A stretch of 32,000 bases of DNA, taken from Candidatus Omnitrophota bacterium. Lineage in GTDB: Bacteria; Omnitrophota; Gorgyraeia; Zapsychrales; JANLHA01. Below, piece by piece: positions 1-6,400 of this stretch. The position numbers were made by a program, and so were the translations under genes. The first letter of the stretch is position 1. Each line of letters starts with the position of its first letter. The notes under the pieces were generated by a model, which was not told the origin of the DNA, did not search any database, and was given only the letters and a program-made list of their open reading frames with translations. The DNA is taken from NCBI GenBank assembly GCA_963662715.1, contig OY759724.1:750001-782000 (forward strand), written 5' to 3'.

Positions 1-350
1 TTCCGGGATGATCCGGTTGTTTTCATATGGCGATAAGTTGACCCACAGTTCGTCTTCAGGGACCGTCAAAGCCGCCAGGAAATACTTGATCAGCCTCTGT
101 GACTCGGCTTCAAAAGAGGCTCCTTTTAAATCCCTGTCTCCCGTATCAATAATGAAATCAAACTGCAGAGGGTTGTCCGGATGGATGGTGAGCCCCCGCA
201 GGATCGCCGGCGCGAATGTCTCGCTGATCGAAAGGATCGTCCCGGGCTGCGGCAGAGAGAAGACAGCGGCACGCTCTTCTTTGGCCCACCCCGGTGTCGG
301 CATAAGGACGGACGACAATAAAAAGACCGCCGCCATACCCGCCGATAAAA
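1..350. repeat. Copy A of a ~350-bp near-identical segment (5' coding end of a giant paralog)
   Basis: I aligned it by hand to 8357..8706 and counted about 19 mismatches in 350 nt, only 5 of them in the first 210 nt. Identity collapses beyond ~350 (codons 1-18 and upstream). Confidence 0.85.
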
Positions 351-402
351 AGCGGCGCGGGATTGTTTTCAATTTATGATTTGTCGGCTTATGCCTATTC
401 AT
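1..402 (-). CDS. Giant secreted protein paralog, first 134 codons only (gene continues beyond window start)
   Basis: The minus-strand frame is open from ATG 402..400 down to position 1. My translation is MNRHKPTNHKLKTIPRRFLSAGMAAVFLLSSVLMPTPGWAKEERAAVFSLPQPG...WVNLSPYENNRIIPE. It is almost identical to the first ~130 residues of the 2770-aa ORF (same signal peptide and head domain). It is missing from the ORF track only because the window edge cuts it; + ORF 8..379 is its antisense shadow. It starts 37 nt after the stop of the 2770-aa gene on the same strand. Confidence 0.8.
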   Translation of the reverse strand, partial: MNRHKPTNHKLKTIPRRFLSAGMAAVFLLSSVLMPTPGWAKEERAAVFSLPQPGTILSISETFAPAILRGLTIHPDNPLQFDFIIDTGDRDLKGASFEAESQRLIKYFLAALTVPEDELWVNLSPYENNRIIPE

Positions 403-439
403 TTCAATCTGATTCCATGTCTTCCAAAACTAAAATAAC

Positions 440-3400
440 TTAATTCAGCCAGCTGATATCTTTTTCACGGCCGGCATAAAATTTTTCCCGGCTGTCAGAC
501 GGTAAGGCTGACCGCCTTGTCGCCGAAGGAGGACTTTCTTCCGGCCCCTCCTCAGTTAAACCTAACAATAAAGGAATATTCACCGGCGCGATGTTAATGA
601 TAACCGGCAAAAACCCGTCAATTCTCATATCACCCACCGGCTGCTGCGGCAAAGGCAGCGGCACGCCCTGGCCGTCCCGCTTGATCTGCAGATCAAGTGC
701 GGCCGGGTTAAAGTCAATACCGCCTAACGGCGAAGAGGCCGGTTCAGGTTCTTTCCCCAGTTCATAGCGTTTAATCTCCTGCCGATAGTCCCTGGCCCTG
801 TCCTGATAAAACCAGCGCTCGGACAAGACCACGGAATCCACGTCCACGTCTCCCCAATGTTCATAGCGAATATCTTCAATGGCTTTTAAAAGGATCTCCG
901 GTTCATCTCCGGTTAAATCTTCAACAATCCAGCCAAAAGTCGCATGAGCGACAAACGGATCAAACTTTGGGCCCTTTTGCGTCATATCAAAAAATTGATC
1001 CTGCAGGCCCTTCACTTCATCCCGGGCATTGTCCGTCATTAACATCGGGATAAAAATGGCTTTGCCCTGAAACATGCCTATCCCCTGAGCCATGAATTTA
1101 AAGGCACCGACCCGCCCCGGGATAAGCTGATCAAGCACAGCCACGGTTTCCTCTGTCACTTGCTCTTTCTGCCGGGGATCAGTCGTAAAATATGTCACTG
1201 AAGCATACGGCAGCGAGGGCACATCCCAGGCGATCTTATCAATGATCGATTGGGGAAGACGCGCCTTAAGCGCTTCCTGCGCTTTGGCCATGATCGCCTC
1301 CGGCATATTAAAATGCAAGAGATGTTTTAATTCCTCCTCCATCATCCTTTGGTCTTTCTGCACGGGCGTTCGTAAGGCCTCCTGCCACTTCTGTTCAAAG
1401 ATATCCCAGCTGGCCTGATATTCCGGAAGGATGGCGACCGGAGAACTTGCAGTATCAAAACTGTCAGTAATATTAATGACCTCGGCCTTATCTTTTTGAT
1501 GTATTGCGCTTGATACATTTTCATTTAACCGTTTTGTCCATTCGGCATATTCTTCTTCATACCCTTGTCTTGTCGCATTAGGTATTCTGTGCTCACCTAT
1601 AACTTCAGTATCTCTTCCCCACGTTTGGTTTTCCGGGCCGGCACCTTCATTAGGATCCCATAAGATTGGGAATACAAGTTCTTCTGGCTCTCTGGCAATA
1701 CGATCCAGAAGGGCTTCCATGGCCCTTTTGTATAATTTTACTGCGGAAGCACCTCTATATCCCCGACCCCATAAAATATCAGAAATAATTTCGAGTCTCA
1801 TATCAGGATATCTCCGGTGATGGGTGTCGATAAACTCCACGATTTCATCTTCTGTGACACCCCCTGTTCTTAAAATTTCTTCAAGAGCGACAAAAGTTTC
1901 CTTGTTCCTCAGAAAATCTTTGATCTCAAATAGAGAACGAAGGGTTTCTCTGTCTTCAACCTTCCCCAATGCTTGCATAGTCCATATTCTCGAACTCAAT
2001 GGGGCCTCATAAAAACCTTCACTATATTGACTTGCTCTTAGATAAGCACCCGCCAATTCCGCCTCAGACACTTCTAATGTTTTTAATGCTTGATCCACTG
2101 CTTCTAAAAGGTCAATATCCGCCTCGGAAAACATTTTCAGCAATACCGGGACAGCCTTCTTTACGCGTAAATTTTCCAACACTTTAACAGCATTTAATTT
2201 TGCGGATTTCCCTTTTCCTTTCTCAAGGATACTTATGTAAGTGTCAATAAGATCTGAGAGGGCCACCCCCAATTTGTTCAAGGATGATTCCACCGCCTTT
2301 ATCAACGGCTCGTCATCCTCATAAAGCAATCCTGTGAGAACTTCAATCGCCCCTTTATTATCTAAATCAGCTGAATCTCCCAACAAATCTCCTAAAGTAC
2401 GGACCGCCCTAAGCCTGGCGATTCCTTTTCCTTTCTGTGCCGCCATAATATAGGCCTTTACTAATTTTTCTTTTGTTACGCCTAACTTTTCCAGGACTCC
2501 TTCAACGGCATTTAAAATCACTTTATTTTCTTCTGACAATAAATTCAATAAAGGTTCTGCCGCGTTTCCCTTATGGGAATCAGCAATAAAATCAAGAATA
2601 CTCAGTCTCACAGAGTCGGGGACCTGATGGTTGGCAAGTATTTTATATAATACGTCATCTATTCCTGCGGTATTCAACAAGACTGAAAGTATCGGTTCTT
2701 TCCTGTCGGAGTTTATTATCATCCCCGTTAAAATTTTCACGGCGGAGACCAAAGGAAGCTCTTTAGCTATTTCTTTTATTTGATCGTCACGGATATCTTC
2801 TCTAAGGACTACAAGAATCTCCTCTGCTTTATAGGCATGCGTTGTTTTAGGATTTTTAAGGACTCTGATCAAATGCGGTATTATTTTAGCGCCATAACCT
2901 ATCATTCTTTCCTTTGACAGTTTATTGTAATAATCATTACTATCAATTCTTAACAAATGGACATTGCCTCGCATCGTATGAAGTCTCCAAAACTTGTATA
3001 TCTTCCAAGCCGCTGTTAACGCTATCGCCCCGCCGATCGTGTACTCATTGATCAGTCCCGCCTCGGTCAAAGGCCGGGTGAAAGACAAATCGACAGTTTG
3101 TCCGTTTGCGACAGATAACAAACCGCCGTTTAAAACGCCGGCGAGGGTTATCGGCGAACTTTGCAATTCGGAATCAGCTGTCACCACCGGAGAAGAAACA
3201 GGACTGTCTGACGTACCGGTTTGCACCAATTCTATTCTTTCTGGAATAACGCTGACAAGTTCATCCCGTGCCGGCTCTATTACTTTTACTTGATCCCATG
3301 CCTCAACCCATCTCGTCTTTCTGGGCATTGTATAACCGGAAACATAGGAGACATCATCATAATCCTCATATTCATCCAAATAGCCCTCATGATGAATCGT

Positions 3401-6400
3401 CTCGGTCACCGCCTCATGATGTTTGTGTTCCGTCTTTTCCGGCCGGTAATTCACCATAAAATTATCACCGGATAAAACAATTTCTAATCCTTCGATGAAA
3501 AACGCGGCAACCTTATTCTTCGGCAATATCGCATTAAGACTCGCATAGGTTCGGTTGACGGCTAATGTTCGTGCATCGGTTAACCCATATATATTTGATA
3601 TATGTATAAAGGCGTCTATAACACCTAAACTTGTTGCCTCGAACATAACATCATAAAGCGCATCTAAAGCCTTGACGTCCGCCAGTTCCGCAAGTCCCCG
3701 GGCTATGCTTTCGGCATGATCTTTACTTCCCTGCAAGGCAGTGATAAGAGCCGTCACAAACCGTCCCTTATCAACACCGGCATTGAGCAGATCCCGGCTG
3801 AATCCCGGTCGTGAAAAAAGTGTCAACGCTCTTTCCAAATTAATAACTTTTATAGCCTTGATATTCAAATCTTCAAGATATTCATCAAGTCGGGACAGGC
3901 CAAACGCCCCTTCTTCATGCTGTTTTAAAATCCGCAAGTAATCCGCCAGCCCCGCCCGGGTATTCAGGCCCAAAGACTGCAGGAAAGACAGCACGTCCGC
4001 CCTAATGATATAAAGGTCTTCTCCGTCCTTTTCCCTGGCCAGGATATCTTCACCTAAACGCATATACCTGTCATCAGCCGTCTCTCTCAAGTATTCGGCC
4101 AATCTTCTTACCGCGTGTCTCTTAAGGTTATAACCGGCGCCCGGATACGGCTGATCAACCCACTCTACAAGTATGCCTGCAAAACTCTCCTCATCTCTCA
4201 TTCGTATAATATCCAACAGTTCCGCCTCTAAAACTCTCATCTGTCCAGGAGTCGGAGATCTCAGATTTCTTGCCCACTGGATATATGTTTGAAGGTCTCC
4301 CTGAACGCCGAACCGCTCCAAAGCAAGCATAAATAAGACACGGTTTTCCGGCGTAACAGCTTCATTCAAACGCGATTCCAGAAGCGGGACAGCCGTCTTT
4401 CTGTTGAGTCCGGCTGTTATTTGAATAGCCGCGTCACGGTCAACAGCATTAGTGCTCCTTAACAGGGATTCCAGGCTCCCCAACCTTCTCTTTCTTATAA
4501 CAGTATCCGTTATTTGGGCAACCACCGCCGGTTCTGACAACAATCGATACAAGTCCTTTTTGTCGAGACTTTTTACCCGTCTTAATCTTTCGCCCTCGGG
4601 CGCCGGCTGCACTTCTTCGATGTCTTTAAAAGCTCCCGGCATACGGTTCAATGTCCTTATGATCCGTCCATAATCTTCTCTGGTCGAGCAACCCAATGAT
4701 TGCAACATTTCATCCGCCGCTTCCCTGATAACGACAATTTCCGCTGATTGTTCTCCCTCGCCAATGGCTCTATCCTTGCCGAACTTATCAAAGAGGGGCT
4801 GCCGGTTTTCTGCCTGAAGTTCAAACATCCTTCCCACGGCAAATATTCTCATTGCTTGATCAACGTCATCCCCCAACCATGCTGTTAAAAGGCTTTTATA
4901 GTTTTCCTGATCATATTCCTTTAAAACATCCATCCCCTTAAAGACCTGCTCAGGAATACGCCCTGCGGAAGCTTCATGCACTCCTTGCAGCCACTCCAAT
5001 AAAGCCGGGACGTGCCCCTGTTGACCAAGCCGCGCTAAAATATAATTCAAGAGGACACGCATGCCTGCATCGTTTTTTGCCTTTATCAATAAAGGTTGCA
5101 GAAGCGGGATCGCAGCCCGCATATTTAAATGGGCAATGAGGTTTAACGCAAAAACATGAATATCCCTGTCAGGATGATCCAGTAAGGACCTGATATGGTA
5201 TAAAGTAAAGTCCCCTGCAAGACTGGTTAATGATTCCAATATGCTCTCTTTAACAGCGGCCCCCCGGTGATCTCTGTCTAATCTGAAGCGGAAATCATAC
5301 AACAAAGAAATCAACGGCAAAATAGCCTGTTTGCTTTGATATATTCCCATACCTTTAATGGCGTCCATGATTTCAGAATAATTATCAGTTAAATCAAGGC
5401 CTTTCTTTGTCACACGGAGAAGAATTCTTCTATACACTTCAGCTTTTTCTTCATCACTCAAATCATATTGCTCCAAGAGTTTTCTTTTGGCCTTATACCT
5501 TGTCCAGGAATAAGAACCATCCAAGCCATAAAACGCACCGCGCTTTGTTGTGTGCCGCCATAATCCCCATACCGTCCCCAGCCCCCCGGCGGCTATCGCA
5601 GCCCCGATGGAATAAGCATTAATGAACTCTGCGCCGGTAACCGGAGAACTGACATACTTCTGCCCTTCCTCTAATAATGGAGAAACAAAAGACAGGTCGA
5701 CTTGCTGTCCTTTAGCAATGGAAGTGAATCCATTCTTGAGCGCCCCGGCAATAGTCCCGGGGATAAAACCGGACAGGTTAATACTTGTGATTCCCGATGA
5801 AACGCGTTGAATATCCGCGGCTGTCATCTTTTCCACCGGGTAAACGTTGCCTTTCAAGTCGCGATAAAACGGGTTATCTCTTTCCACCGCTTCTTTAATG
5901 CGTTTCATCTGCCTGTTCAGGCTTCTGGGAACAAAGATGTCTCCCCGTCTCCCCGCCCACTCCGGCAGTAACTGTTCATTCATCAGGCGAAGGTTAAGAA
6001 TAATACCATGCTCTTTCGCAACCTGATCAAAAAGCGAAAAAAACAACTCATAGCCAATGAGATTGACAATATAACGAATTTTACGCATATCAAATTCATC
6101 TAATGAAACTGGTTCTCCAAAAGTCGAAAAACTGGTTTTTCGATCAATCAGCTCCCGCACTTCCGCAAACTCTATCCAGAATTGGCTTGATTCAACAAAC
6201 TTACCAATTAAATCCTGAACCGTCTTCAAATAAGTGTTCATGTCCGAGGTCGAAGTTGCAATGCGGTAAGTTTCGGATATGCCGGATTCTTCCAGCTTTT
6301 CTTTAACACGCGCTCCCAATGCCTGATAAAAATCTCGGCGGGCCTGCTCCAGCCTCCGGGTTTCTTCTCTTGTCAACCGCACTTGACTTTGCCTGCCAAG

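Noticed and set aside
1-350. The possibility that the duplicated 350-bp segment is an assembly artefact or collapsed repeat.
   Set aside because: The copies differ at about 19 positions and sit in different, sensible contexts: each has an in-frame start and its own distinct N-terminal residues and upstream sequence. That argues for two real loci, although read-level confirmation is still desirable.
8-379. A + strand ORF of 123 aa, and its near twin at 8325..8765 (146 aa).
   Set aside because: Both are antisense shadows of the conserved 5' ends of the minus-strand giant genes. Their similarity to each other simply mirrors the 350-bp repeat. Neither has an SD, and their composition is low-complexity and Ser/Arg/Gly-rich.
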